Origin: Mytilus galloprovincialis
Lineage: Eukaryota
Length of the DNA: 64,000 bases
NCBI RefSeq assembly: GCF_965363235.1
Contig: NC_134847.1
Span: 63,916,144-63,980,143, forward strand
Direction of reading: 5' to 3'
A model generated the notes under the pieces. The model did no database searches, was not told the origin of the DNA, and saw nothing but the letters and a program-made list of their open reading frames with translations. The translations under genes were made by a program, and so were the position numbers. Numbering within the stretch: the stretch's first letter is position 1; each line of letters starts with the position of its first letter. Positions 24,093 to 36,454 of this stretch are shown here, piece after piece.

Positions 24093-27000
24093 CCCCAGTC
24101 CCACTAGACCACGATCGCACTACGATCTGTGAAAAAAATGCAAATTTTGATGATCGTGGTACGATCGTGTAGGTCGCAGTAAGGTCGTACCACGGTCGTG
24201 GCGAGGTCTTCAAGATCGTGCAGAGCGTGGCCAATTTTGAACATGTTCAAAACAATCGTGGTGCGGTCGCGGCGAAATTAGGTCGTAGTAGAAGCGTAGT
24301 GAGAGCGCACTAAGATCGTAGTAAGATCGCAAAGGTCGCTGTACAATCGTAGCGAGAGCGTAGCGAAAGCGTGATTCTATTCGGAGAGATTGCGCAACGA
24401 TCTCACAGCGACGTTATCACGACCTTACTACGACCATCACGTTCTCACCGCGACCCAACTACGCTTCCACTACGACATTACCACGCTGTTCACGACCATA
24501 GTACGATTCTAGCACGCCCTTGCCGTCCTCATCACGCTCTTCTCGCGACCTTACTACGTCTAGAGACATATAATAATAATGTATTATATGTCTCTGCTAC
24601 GTCCACACGACGACCATCATTTTTATTGTCATTTTCACATAAAATATATAAAAAAAAACTGCCTAGATTTTGTTTGTCTGAATGTATTTATCCATTTGCT
24701 CTAACGGCTCAACCATGCTTCTCGTTTTTATATAGATTAGACCGTTGGTTTTTCCCGTTTAAATGGTTTAACATTTTTTTTTATGGGCCCTTTATAGCGT
24801 GCTGTTCGGTGTGAGCCAAGGCTCCGTATTGAAGGCCGTACCTTGGCCTAAAATGGTTTATTTTTATAGATTTTTACGTTGATGGAGAGTTGTCTCATTG
24901 GCACTCATACCACATCGTCCTATATATGTTACAGTGAATTTGAATAATCAGTGATTATGTAGAATCACTGGCTACTTTAGGGATTATATATAATCACTAA
25001 AATTTTCAGGGATTATGTATAATCACTAGAAAAAACGTCAGTGATTATACATAATAACTGAAATGAAGAAATAGTTTTATTTATAAAGAAAATGAATAAA
25101 AGTCAAATAATTTATTCTATAAAATCATAATGAAACATCAATATAAACATAAATTGTAAAATGTTAAACACAATATATTAAAATAATAATTCGTCCTCAG
25201 TCAATATCATTCTTTCAGGTTAATATATGTTTGTACCAACCTCATACAAAGGCTATAATTGTATAATATTAGACACAATACATTGAAATGTTAAGCATAA
25301 GGTTAAACAGTCATTTATTTTTTACAAATTAAATTTGGATGGCATTGACCATTGCATATTTGCCCTGATTTTTAATAGGCATGTTTATTTGCTTCACATC
25401 TATTTTACCACAATATCCAAATTTTAAAAAAATAGTTTCCTTCACAAATCAGATTTACGACACGCCTAAGAGAAATAAAGTTTTCAGTAAAAACATCTGA
25501 AGGTACCCCCCCAAAAAAAAATAAAAATAAAAAATAAATAAAAATTAAAGGGTTTCAGTAACCTCGAACAGGTTCGAGCAATATACCATGTTTTGGGGTT
25601 TCACTTTCTTTTTTTTTTACCCTGTGGAATTGCTATGAGAATATTACACTAAATGTCAGCATCCTCTACAATTTTGTTCTATTTGTCAATCCTTAGTTCT
25701 GCCTGTTTTCTATACACTTAGATGCGTAAGTTCTCTCAGTTTGAATTTCTTGTTCATTTGAACAAAAAAACACAACACAAAACATTTGTTCCATAATCAT
25801 CTTCATCATTTGTTTTACCACAAATAACATGCTGTGTGGATTTACAAATAGAACATGAATATCGATTTGACGTTGGATTTTGATAAACAAACAATACATG
25901 TAAAGTTATCGCTATAAAGGAAATGTTGATATTATTATTTTGAAGCCTTCAACTTTATCTCAAAACCCCGTGTTGTTTAAATCTTTAAGATCACTCTGTG
26001 TTAAAAAGGAGAATAATCTCATCTTGAAAGGAATATGAAAGGAAAAAAGGATAATTTGTCTATATTTAAAAAAAAATAGCAAACAAAGTATCCTTAAATT
26101 TTTGATAATCCCTGAAATATTAGGGAATTTGTAGAATAATCATTAAAATGTTCAGTGATTTTGTAAAATCACTGGCCATTTTCAGGGATTATATATAATT
26201 ACTAATGATTTCAGTGATTCTACATATTCCCTGAAAAATCAGGGATTCTACATAATCCCTGACTATACAAATTCACTGTAACATATATATTGACACATCT
26301 GTGTCATCTCTGCTATCGTTGACTAAACTATCGTCATTTGAGCTTTATGGACCAGCAATATGTTGTAAATTAGGTTTGATTGGTCGTTCCGACATCTCTT
26401 GATGACAAGTATTATACTACTTATGTGTATAGTATCAGTTTAATTGAAGTCTGGAGCATGTCAGTTAACTGATAGTAGTCTGTTGTTATTTATGTATTAT
26501 TGTCATTTTGTTTATTTTCTTTAGTCACATCTTCTGACATCAGACTCGGACTTCTCTTGAACTGAAGTTTAATGTGCGTATTGTTATGCGTTCACTTTTC
26601 TTTTCTTCATTGACTAGAGGTATAGGGGAGGGTTGATATCCCACAAACATGTTTAACCCCACTATTTTTGCGCCTGTCCCAAGTCAGGAGCCTCCGGCCT
26701 TTGTTAGTCTTGTACTATTTTTAATTTTAGTTTCTTGTGTACTATTTGGAGTTTAGTATGGCGTTCATACTTTGCTCCCTCTGCCTCTACATCAACCCCT
26801 ACCAACACGCCCACGTGTTCTAGTAGATTTTGGTAGCATGACTGTATTGTATCCGAGAAATCTCCGTTTTAATCAGAAATAGAAGGAATGGAACTATATT
26901 GATATGAAACACGATGTTGACGGTATTGCTGAGAACGTAGTAAGATCGCGGTATGAACGTAGTATAATCGTGGTAAGAACGTGCTATAATCGCAGTAAGA

Positions 27001-27275
27001 TCGTGTTGCAATCGGATAACTCGTGGTATGGTCGTAGTGAGAACGTGAAGGGCGTAGAAAGATCTTGATAAGCGTAGTGAGGTCGCAGAATAAGCCCGAT
27101 GAGAACGTGGTTTAATCGTAGCGGGATCGTTGTAGAAGCGTAATTAGGACGTAGTAGCATCGTGAAACCAACGAAAATTATCATTTTATGCCGCTCATAC
27201 CGCGACCTCACCACGATCTAAATTTATTTTAGATCGCGGTGAGCGTGGTGCGATCGTGGTCTAGTGGGACTGGGG
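24093..27275. mobile_element. 3.2-kb foldback-like palindromic element with terminal inverted repeats CCCCAGTCCCACTAGACCACGATCGCAC
   Basis: The left terminus at 24093 is CCCCAGTCCCACTAGACCACGATCGCAC. The right terminus at 27250..27275 is GTGCGATCGTGGTCTAGTGGGACTGGGG, its exact reverse complement. The outer arms (24100..24560 and 26920..27250) are degenerate GATCGT(A/G)G / CGTAG-type subrepeats that are reverse complements of each other. Inner arm segments 24930..25040 and 26100..26285 (CAGTGATTATGTAGAATCACTG / CAGGGATTCTACATAATCCCTG) are also inverted. There is no long ORF. Confidence 0.65.
24770..24925 (-). mobile_element. Family A repeat, 5' 150-bp fragment (reverse orientation) inside the left arm of the foldback element
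   Basis: It is the reverse complement of family A positions 1..150: ...GGCTCCGTATTGAAGGCCGTACCTTGGCC...GGAGAGTTGTCTCATTGGCACTCATACCACATCGTCCTATAT. Confidence 0.65.
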
Positions 27276-27285
27276 CTTTAAGGGG

Positions 27286-27800
27286 CACCAGCTACGAGAT
27301 ATATAATAAATCAAAAGTATGATTTTTTTGTGTTCAATCATTAATGAAAGTGAAAAAGTGAAATAATAATTTGCTTTTATCAGCTAAAATGGTTCAATTT
27401 TGTCAAATTAAGCTTATAAACATTAATAATGTATTATTCACTTGCAAGTGAATAACTTGACCTCATAAAATCCATATTCATTTGAACTTCAATTTAACCC
27501 CGTAGAAAGTGATAGAATAACGCATGCATTGTCCGTGTACGGGTATTTAAAGGAAAGAAATGTCAACATTGAAAGTGAAACAAAGGTAAATAATTTGATT
27601 AACTGATTCGATCCACACAAAATCATTCTTATAAAGGTAAACGACGATAAAAATAAATTTTTAATCTATAATACAAAATTTAACAGACCTATAAAAATCC
27701 AATTGCACTAGTTGCCTAATCTATTTATATCTGTGTTTATGTTTACATCGCTTATATGGTCATAGAAGGTCAACTCGACAGTTAATTAGATGGCGTCTTG
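27286..27800 (+). repeat. Segmental repeat X (direct). An inverted partner lies at 34600..35235 and a third partial direct copy at 33060..33370.
   Basis: It begins AAGGGGCACCAGCTACGAGATATATAATAAATCAAAAGTATGA... and is the reverse complement of 35000..35235, which ends ...TATATATCTCGTAGCTAATGCCCC. An internal block at 27640..27800 recurs directly at 33150..33370 and inverted at 34660..34870. Confidence 0.55.
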
Positions 27801-28289
27801 GCTAAATTTCACACGAAACGAAGCAACATTGTATTGAGACCATGTCCTGTAAATAGTTTATTTGATATTTTTGATAGTATGGAAAAATGTAAATAAAATA
27901 TGAGAATTTGAGTCAAATCGGTGATCATGAATTTGGCAGCTATTGCTCCATTAAGAATAGACAATAACACACTATAACAATAAATGCCCATGCGTTTTTC
28001 TTATGGTGGCCTGTGTCACGATTATTTTTTTATAAATAAACCTATCTATGATATCAAATGTTTGGATACAGTAATACCACAAGTAAAGAGATTAAAAGAA
28101 TTATTTTTTTGCGAACATATGTTCAACATTATTTTTTACCACCACAATGTTTAGTCTCTGATGAATGGTTAGCAATTGTACAGCATAAATAAAGGCAACA
28201 GTAGTGTACCACTGTTCAAATCTCATAAATCGATAGAAACTTTTTATATTATAATTGGAACAAAGTTTTTATAGTATTAATTTTTTAAC

Positions 28290-28710
28290 TTCATAGCTAA
28301 TGCCCTTTATACCGATCAGAAAATAAAATAGATTTAGAAGTATTTTGTAACAGCATTTTCTACTTTTGTGAGATTTTTTATTATCAAGTTCGTAAAACTT
28401 AAATTCGTACTCTTCAAAACAAATAAGTACATGCGATCTGTTCAACAAAACAAAGTTCTTACCTTTAAATGATCTTTTAATCTATGTCATCAAATTTTCT
28501 TTCAAAATGAATATTTTTTTATAATTACTATCTAGAGAGGTATTCTAATTCTATAACACTGACACAGATCAGTAAGAATAACAACTGTTACGATGGAAAT
28601 TTAAGTGGTATCTATTTCACCCTGTCGTAATGCCATGAATAACAAATTACAACATGATTGTCACAAACATAAACTTTCTCCTTTCGTATTTCATTTTCAT
28701 ATGTTTACAA
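28290..28710 (+). repeat. Segmental repeat Y, copy 1 (direct partner at 35235..35560)
   Basis: Both copies begin (A/G)TAGCTAATGCCC(C)TTTA. They share ...TCTTCAAAA.AA.TA..T.CATGCGATCTGTTCAACAAAA... and then ...ACACAGATCAGTAAGAA.AACAAC.GTTACG.TGG.AATTTAAGT...TTTCATATGTTTACAAA. Confidence 0.5.
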
Positions 28711-29174
28711 ATTGAGATTGTTATGCATACCTATTAGGAATTTAATTTTAATTTTTCCAATGTTTACTCAAGAGAATCTTGGAATAAAAAACGTATAGAA
28801 AGATGCACTTGCAGCTCTGTGAAAATAAGTGTCATGTTAAACAAACAAAGTAATCTAATTTGAATCTTTTAGTTAGTGATGAATTTGTGATATTCCTTAG
28901 GATTCAAAAGATGTAATTGCTTTCATGAATGTGTCCTATTTTTCAAAATTTATTTTGGCAAAGGTTGTGCCTCTGCACTAGCTTTGACGTTTCGAGACCA
29001 ACTCTACCAAGACATAGAGTAGTTAAACAATCCTACCCCTCGTATAATATTATTTCGTAATTTTTCCAACCGTTCACGATGTGATCAGTGTATGTATCCA
29101 AGTTTTTAGAAAGGGAATTGGTTCACTTTCTACCTGGCTAGCAGTCAATGAATTGAGGTTCGGGAAAAGTGGTT

Positions 29175-29560
29175 TAAATCTCAGTATTCCTCAATGCTCT
29201 TCAACATCGTACTTCATTTGGACTTTTTTTTAAAACTTTATTTGATGCCTTTTGTAGACGAAACGCGCGTCTGGCGCAAATACAAAAAAAAAAGGTAAAA
29301 TCACAAAAAATACTGAACTCAACGGGATAATTCAAAACCTAAAGTCCCTAATTAAATGGCAAAATCAAATGACAAAACAAATCAAATCAAACGAATGGAG
29401 ACAACAGCTGTCATATTCCTGACTTGGCACAGGCATTTTTGAATGTAGAAAATGGTGAATTGAACCTGGTTTTATAGCGCTAAACCTCTCACTTGTATGA
29501 CAGTCGCATCAAAATTTCAATCCTGGTATCTATGATGAGTTTATTTTACAGACGGGTCAT
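29175..29560 (+). mobile_element. SINE-like interspersed repeat family B, near full-length copy (about 390 bp)
   Basis: It contains AATGCTCTTCAACATCGTACTTCATTTGG...GTAGACGAAACGCGCGTCTGGCGCAAATAC, then an A-run, then GGTAAAATCACAAAAAATACTGAACTC...CAAACGAATGGAGACAACAGCTGTCATATTCCTGACTTGGCACAGGC...GAACCTGGTTTTATAGCGCTAAACCTCTCACTTGTATGACAGTCGCATC...TCAATCCTGGTATCTATGATGAGTTT. Confidence 0.7.
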
Positions 29561-29869
29561 TTACAAAACTTGAGTAAATATATGCTACAGTCAATTTGGG
29601 TGAGGTAGATCAACCGGAAGCACGAGCAACAGTGTATGTTGTCATTCATTCTCCTTTACAATCAATGATCACCGAAAATTGTTTTCCTCAAGATTAAATT
29701 TCAATGTCTTTTTTTGGGGAGTGGTGGATCCGTATGCGCACCAAATTTATTGAAGTATCATCAGTTCGTTAGTTGAAGTTGAAACAAAAAGAAGACAGAA
29801 ATAAGTTTTACTAGACGTGAAAAAACACTTTAATAGCTATCATTACTAGTAGTTTTTTATTCCGTTTTG

Positions 29870-30115
29870 GCACGACTTTAATGCAACTTCCTCAAGCAAT
29901 TGCGATGTAAAAAGTAAAATCACAAAAATTTTCAACTCCGAGGAAAATTCAAAAAGGAAAGTCCCTAATCAAACGGCAAAATTAAAAGCTCAATCACATC
30001 AAACGAATGGATAACAACTGTCATATTCCTGACTTGGTAGAGGCATTGACTTATGTACAAATGGTGGATTAAACCTTGTTTTAAAGCTAGCTAAACCTCT
30101 CACTTGTATGACAGT
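29870..30115 (+). mobile_element. Family B repeat, 3' two-thirds
   Basis: Collinear with 29300..29560. A 5' portion of another copy (GATTCAAGCATCACCGGTGAGTCGTTTG) follows at about 30240..30340. Confidence 0.65.
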
Positions 30116-30769
30116 TAAAGCTTTTCTGTTTATTACCTATTTATACTTTGTAACAATGAACATATTCTTTTGCATCATATTTGTGGGTTTACTAGGAATA
30201 AAACTAGGGAAATATAGTAAATCTGTCATCTGTCACTATATATTTTGGTTTACCCTTTCGGAATTTTGGTCGTCACTGCTCTTTAACTTCGCACTTTATT
30301 TGGTATTTGACTTCTTCTCTGATTCAAGCATCACCGGTGAGTCGTTTGATGAAGATAAAATGATAAAATTACACTATGAGGACGAAAAAGTTGAATTTCA
30401 TAATTTTTCTTCTGCTTTTTTCATTTCACTTTATTGTGTTTTTTTAATTCAGCATTTATTAAAAAAAAATTCTCATAGATAAAAGAAAAATATGAAATAA
30501 TTATAGATGAAAATCAAGTTTAATGAAAACTAGAATACGCGACTTCGTTAAGTTATGATTTTAGATTAAACATGTGCTCTGACTGACTTTATGTATATAT
30601 TGCCCTCAATCAAATAAAATTGATTTAATCATAAATTTTGTAGCATAAAGTTCATTGTTATGAAATCGAGGGTTTGGTTCGTTTCTATTCATTTGAGTTT
30701 GATTTTGTTGACCGTTTAATATCCAACAATCTTATTAGACAGGAAGTTACACATTTTCTCTTGGTCAAT

Positions 30770-31895
30770 CTTGGTCTCTAATCGACGTCCGTTCCTCAAA
30801 TCGACGTCCAAATCTGATGTCACATTCTCAAATCGACATCCAATATTTTGATCCTCTAATCGATGTCCAATGTGACGCCATGTATTGCCAAAACGACGTC
30901 TGATAGATTGTAGTCTTCTTATATCGATGTTCAATAACTAATGAAATAACAAATTACTGCACTTACATTTTTACATGTACATTCGGAGGACGTTGATTGA
31001 TTTTGAAATTTTCAAATGCGAAATAAACAATGAATTTTGATCTGATTTGTAGGGTTTTTAAAGCAATTTAATTTTCAAACAGTTATACATACTTTCCATA
31101 GAGATTTAATTCACCCACTAATACTCACTTATAGGTAACTTGCGTAATGATATTTAATAGAAACTAATCCAGTCGATCTACCTTGACGAAGTTCATTCAT
31201 ATTCATATTGATAAATTATATGTGAGTATACATCAATGAGAAACCAACGACATATAAAGGGCAACATTCAGTCTTCAACAATGGACAAATTAAAGAAGTA
31301 AAGCCATCTATTTTTCGGAATTGTTTTTTTTTATAAGTAAGACCGTTAGTGTTCAGTTCTAATTGGTTTGCATTTTTTATGTCATGGCATTTAATTGCCG
31401 ACATTATCGTTGGCGAAGGACGTACGATTGATTATAACTGCTTATATTAATTTATTTGAACTCTAACTTTTTACATTACTTAAAAATTTATATAACAACG
31501 GTCCTGTAAACATCGATTATACATTCAGAAAAATAGGTTTTTAATATATTTTCTTTGTCGCATATAATGAATTATGTAAAAAAAATGACGTAGAACTGTC
31601 TTTACATCTCTCCCGGACGATACAAGTTTCAGTTCTGTTATAACCTTTTTCGGTTTCTATTTGCAGTTTTGTTCATTTGTTTTGGATATTTACGGAATGT
31701 CGGTCCAACATATCACGGCGTTTGGATCTTTGCATATGCCCATTAAACGGACGTCGATCCGAGAATCTAAAAATTGGACGTCGATTAGAGGGACATAACA
31801 TTGGCCGTCGTTTTGGAATGTTATATTATTGTGACGTCAGATTTGAACGTCGATTTGAGAAACGGACGTCGATTAGAGACCGGACGTCGATCTGA
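30770..31895. mobile_element. MITE/foldback-like element with about 170-bp inverted arms built from TCGACGTCC-containing subrepeats
   Basis: The arm 30770..30940 (GGTCTCTAATCGACGTCCGTTCCTCAAATCGACGTCCAAATCTGATGTCAC...) is the reverse complement of 31730..31895 (...GTGACGTCAGATTTGAACGTCGATTTGAGAAACGGACGTCGATTAGAGACC). ORFs 30716..30934(-) and 31677..31895(+) are mirror artefacts of these arms. Confidence 0.6.
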
Positions 31896-32289
31896 GTCTT
31901 AGATATATATTATATAAAAAAAATTAAAAAAATGATGCAGTTTAAAATTATCTTTTTTTATTTTTTTTTTTATTTTTTTTTTCTGTTATAAAATCTCAAA
32001 GATACCAGACATCTTAAGTCCTCTAAAATGCGTGTTTTGCCTACTTAAGATTTAGCATAGTAACATAATGCAGGATACCGAGAAAAAACGATATTGCCAA
32101 AAATGGATTAAATAGTAAAATTATAGAAGAAGAAAAAAGGTGTTTGTCCTGGAACAAGTTTAAGGGTGGTGTACTCATATCGGCGAATTAAAACACGGGA
32201 AGACAAATTACCAATGCATTTCTGAAGATTTTGATCATATAAGGATTTTCCCTTACAAAATAGTCCACGTAAACCTGTTTAAAAGTAAA

Positions 32290-32790
32290 ACTTAGCCATA
32301 CAAGTAAATAAAACATTCAACTTTTTTTCATTTAAAGTTTCATCTGACTTTAACGTGCAACGCATTATACAACGCACTTGAAATCGATTTTAATTCCAGG
32401 TACATTGTAAAAATATTTGACTTTTTTGCAGTTTCGAATGAATGATATTTGAGACCAGTTTAAACTGGTTGCGTTGAATTTCAGAATATATATCAAATAT
32501 ACACTAAGCGACTTCAGAACCATTCTTCCGTCACTTAAATTTACATCTTTTATGTTCGAAAAAAAATATTTATGGTAAATTAACTACTTTTACAAATGTT
32601 TGAAAATGTGTTCTCGTAAATCTTCATAACTTCTAAAAAAAGATATATTTCAAGGTCTGTTATCACCTTCGTCGGCTTAAATAATCATCAGTGACAACTG
32701 TCTAGTTTATACGAAAAGAAAATTATTTGAATTGTGTTATAATCTGATGGAATTATTCAATTAAACATATAGTTTCCCTGTATACTTCTG
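32290..32790 (+). repeat. Dispersed repeat of about 540 bp, copy 2
   Basis: See 23230..23770. Confidence 0.5.
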
Positions 32791-34599
32791 AAAGTTAACG
32801 TTGCAAAAACTTTTTTTCTTCAAAATTACAATTTTTCTTACTGTGTTTGCATATTTTCTTAGTTTTTTAACACAGTTTTCAAATGTAACCTTTGCTTATT
32901 TTAGTAACTGGAATTTGCAATGAAACGTTTTTAAAATTTGTCTAAATGACAGCTTGTTGTTGGGTTTTTTTTTAAGTGTTATGATGCAAAGCAAGCAAAA
33001 TGACATTCCAAATATGCATTTGATAAGACGCATTTATAAATATTATGCAATTTAATGATTTTAACTATGAAAACTCGATGGAACCGGTTAAGGTGAATTT
33101 TAAACACATTAATACATTATTAATCTTGTTATGCAATCTTTTTTTAACTATCTTATACAGATAAAAACGACGATAAACATATATTTTTAATCTATAATAT
33201 GAAATTAAACAGACCATAAAAAATCTAATTGCACGAGTTGCTTAATCTATTTAAATCTATATCTTTGTTGATATTGCTTGTATGGTCATCTGAAGTGTTC
33301 GGGGTTGAACTCGACTAGATGGCATCTAGACTAAAATACACACGAAACGAAGCTACATATTATCAAACTCAAGACCTGTAAACTGTTTATTATTCAATAG
33401 TTTGGATAAATGTTTAACATTGTTTCATTGCCAGCAAACATTTGTTCATTATTAAATCTATTGCTATTTCAATTCAACGGTTGTTGATGTTTTTGTCACT
33501 TGGTTCAAGCCGTCACCTGTTCAAATCTAAATCCTTCAAAACTGCCTTTACAATTAACATAAATTTTCATGGGAGTTTAGTATTTTTGTGATTTTACTTT
33601 CTATTACTAATGCTTTAATTATGGAAGAAATATGATAAAGTTCGAAATGTATGTAACTAAAAGTAACGTGCTTTCGCCATTACCATGATACGAAAATTCT
33701 GAACATACACATATCTTTAATATCAGGTTATTGGATACGGTATATTACCACAGGTAAAGAGATTGCATTTGGTCTCTAGTGGATAGTTGGCAATCAAACC
33801 GCATATACCTTTTTTAATATCATAATAAACCTAATTCGCATGCATCTAAACTAGTAAGCCATTATGAATGCACGGTCTATATTTTAATTCGGCTTAAAAT
33901 GCATGATAATCCGTTTATTTCGCCAATATTTGCAACAAAACATGCTATCATTGCAGAATAAGTGTTATTGAGAACTAGTGGTAAGAGTATACAACATACG
34001 AATAATATGGTATAACTACTAATATGACAACTATCAACCTGAGACCACATGACTTAGGTTAAGCAATTTTTGGCCGTCGCGATTATGTCTGACAGATTCT
34101 GTAGGTCACATAACCTTATATAAACATAAATACACACGAAGCACGTGCAATAGTTTAATTGCCATTTTTCTAGGTCAGTTTGATTTCATGTCTTATATTA
34201 AAAACGTGTTAATCATCGTGATTTGTGAGCATGGCAAAATCAGTGAATGACAGACAATTACCGGGTGTCTGCTTTTTCACTTTCAATATTGACATTCTTT
34301 TTTTATTGATAACTAAACATGCTTTCACCATGAATAACCATTATCAATTATTGCGAAATATTATTTCACGACTCTGCTTTTATATGGGCTTGAAACAAAT
34401 AACCATATTTTTGTGCATGTTTTTTTTGTCCAACTTCGTAGCTAATGTCCCTTTCATCATCTGCAAATAAAAAAAATTCTGAAGAAGTTCTTAACAACAT
34501 ATTTCACTTCTGTTACACATTCAATCATGAATTTGTTAAAGTGATACTAGCTGTCAAATTCATGTTCACCGATTCTAATCAAATTCTCATATTTGATTT

Positions 34600-35235
34600 A
34601 TAACAATGTAAAACATTTATCCAAACTATTAAAAGTCTAAATGAAACAATAAACAAGGCACAGGCATGAAAATACGTAGCTTCGTTTCGTGTGTACTAAT
34701 ATTTGAGTCTAGACGCCATCTAATTATTTATCGAGTTGACCTCTATAGTCTTCCGATGAACATATATTATTAATTAAGCGATGTAAACATAAGTATAGAG
34801 ATAAATAGATTAAGCAGACACGTGCTGTTGAATTATTCTAGATCTATTTAATTTCATATTACAGATAAAAAAAATGTTTATCATCGTTTATACCTGTATT
34901 AGAATGTTTATTTGCGGATCGAATCAGTCAATAAAAAGATTTACCTTTGTTTCATTTTCAATTTTGACATTCTCTTCCTTTAAATAACTTTACACATAAA
35001 ATTCACGTATTATCCATCTCAAGCTAAGGGGTTCACATGAATACGGATTCAATGAGGTCGAGTTATTCACTTGCATAATTCATAATCAATAATGTTTTGC
35101 TTATTTTGACAAAATTGAACCTTATTGGCTACTAAAAAGGAATTATAATTTCACTATTTGTATTTCATTACTGATTGAGCCCCAAAAAACAAAACAAAAA
35201 ATATATTAGGTTTTTTATATATCTCGTAGCTAATG
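34600..35235 (-). repeat. Segmental repeat X, inverted copy. Together with 27286..27800 it brackets an 8-kb interval like long inverted terminal arms.
   Basis: See 27286..27800. Confidence 0.55.
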
Positions 35236-35560
35236 CCCCTTTAAACATGAGAGCGGTTTGATAAATTCTTCGTCTTCAAAATAATTAGATGCATACGATC
35301 TGTTCAACAAAAAAAAATCTTACCTTACCTTAAATTGTCTTTCGAAATGAATCAATGCCCGATAAATATCCTATAAATACCTTTTCAATTTTATTACAGA
35401 CACAGATCAGTAAGAACTACAACCGTAACGCTGGTAATTTAAGTAATGCAAATCTCAACCTGTCTTAATTCTGTAAGATATAAATAACGTATTAAATTAT
35501 AACATTTCTCATAGTTTCTTTTATTTTCATATGTTTACAAAAAGTTTATGGACACGCGTT
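35235..35560 (+). repeat. Segmental repeat Y, copy 2. It abuts the inverted X copy.
   Basis: See 28290..28710. Confidence 0.5.
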
Positions 35561-35649
35561 GGATATTTAAATTCTTTAGTTCACTTATTTCATCAATTCT
35601 TATCTACCCAATGGGTTTGAAAATAAACAGGGTATAGAGGTATGTTCTT

Positions 35650-35770
35650 ACAGGTCATATTTTTGACTTGGTACAGGCATTTTCGTATGTAGAAACTGTT
35701 GAATTTAACCTGGTTGTTAAAACCTGGTTTTATAAAGAGCGAGAGCTACTACTTGTTTTACAGTCGCATA
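35650..35770 (+). mobile_element. Family B repeat, internal fragment
   Basis: Sequence: CATATTTTTGACTTGGTACAGGCATTTTCGTATGTAGAAACTGTTGAATTTAACCTGGTT...TTTACAGTCGCATAAG. Confidence 0.5.
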
Positions 35771-36224
35771 AGATATCATTGGTTTTTTAACAAAACAAAG
35801 ACACATTATAGTTAAAAACGTCAAAATTAGGGTACACTAGTAACGTTTCATCATGTTCCATTACACATGTTTCCCATAACGTCAATGCAAATTATTTTCC
35901 GGTTATACTTCCGAACCGCGAGAAAATATCAACCAAAACACGATAAAATATATGTCATAGTAAGTTCCTTCAAGAAATACGAAAATACTCACGATCTTTC
36001 GTGTATACATTCAGAATATTAATGAAATTTGAAAGTGTATACACATGAAAATACTCTCAGAAACATATAATTGTTACCTAAATGCATGTTTTGAATGAAT
36101 CTGTACTTGTATAGCCTATGTTGTCATTGTACATGGCATGTTTTCATAACCTTTTGATCATATGATACATGTATAAATGCATGTTGACATATTTACACTG
36201 TTGTGTCAAATTATTAGTTACATA

Positions 36225-36300
36225 GAGTGCTAGTGACCTCATGCGGTATATATGGGATCAGATAATTTCATATGGCTCCATATATACCGAATTAGGAATT
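36225..36300. mobile_element. Truncated copy of the hairpin MITE family seen at 412..560
   Basis: AGTTACATAGAGTGCTAGTGACCTCATGCGGTATATATGGGATCAGATAATTTCATATGG is followed by a partial inverted arm CTCCATATATACCGAATTAGG. Confidence 0.45.
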
Positions 36301-36452
36301 TACATTGGAGTTCGGTATTTTTAAGGTCTTTCCTCTACGCGAGGAAAGACCTTATTGTTTTTCTCATGTTTTTAAGGTCTTTCCTCTCCGCGAGAGAAGA
36401 CCTTATTGTTTTTCTCCTGTTTTTTTTTTTTTTTTTTTTTTTTTCATCCAGC
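36300..36452. repeat. 56-bp tandem duplication with a perfect 11-bp-stem hairpin (GGTCTTTCCTC tacgcg AGGAAAGACC), followed by a (T)30 homopolymer
   Basis: GGTCTTTCCTCTACGCGAGGAAAGACCTTATTGTTTTTCTCATGTTTTTAA is followed by GGTCTTTCCTCTCCGCGAGAGAAGACCTTATTGTTTTTCTCCTG. The T-run is at 36421..36451. Confidence 0.7.
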
Positions 36453-36454
36453 AT

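Noticed and set aside
24371-24814. 147-aa plus-strand ORF rich in R/H/T/P
   Set aside because: It lies in the left subrepeat arm of the foldback element and is a translation of CGTAG/GATCGT-type repeats.
30108-30482. 124-aa hydrophobic plus-strand ORF
   Set aside because: It starts inside the tail of a family B SINE and runs through another SINE 5' fragment. It is AT-rich low complexity.
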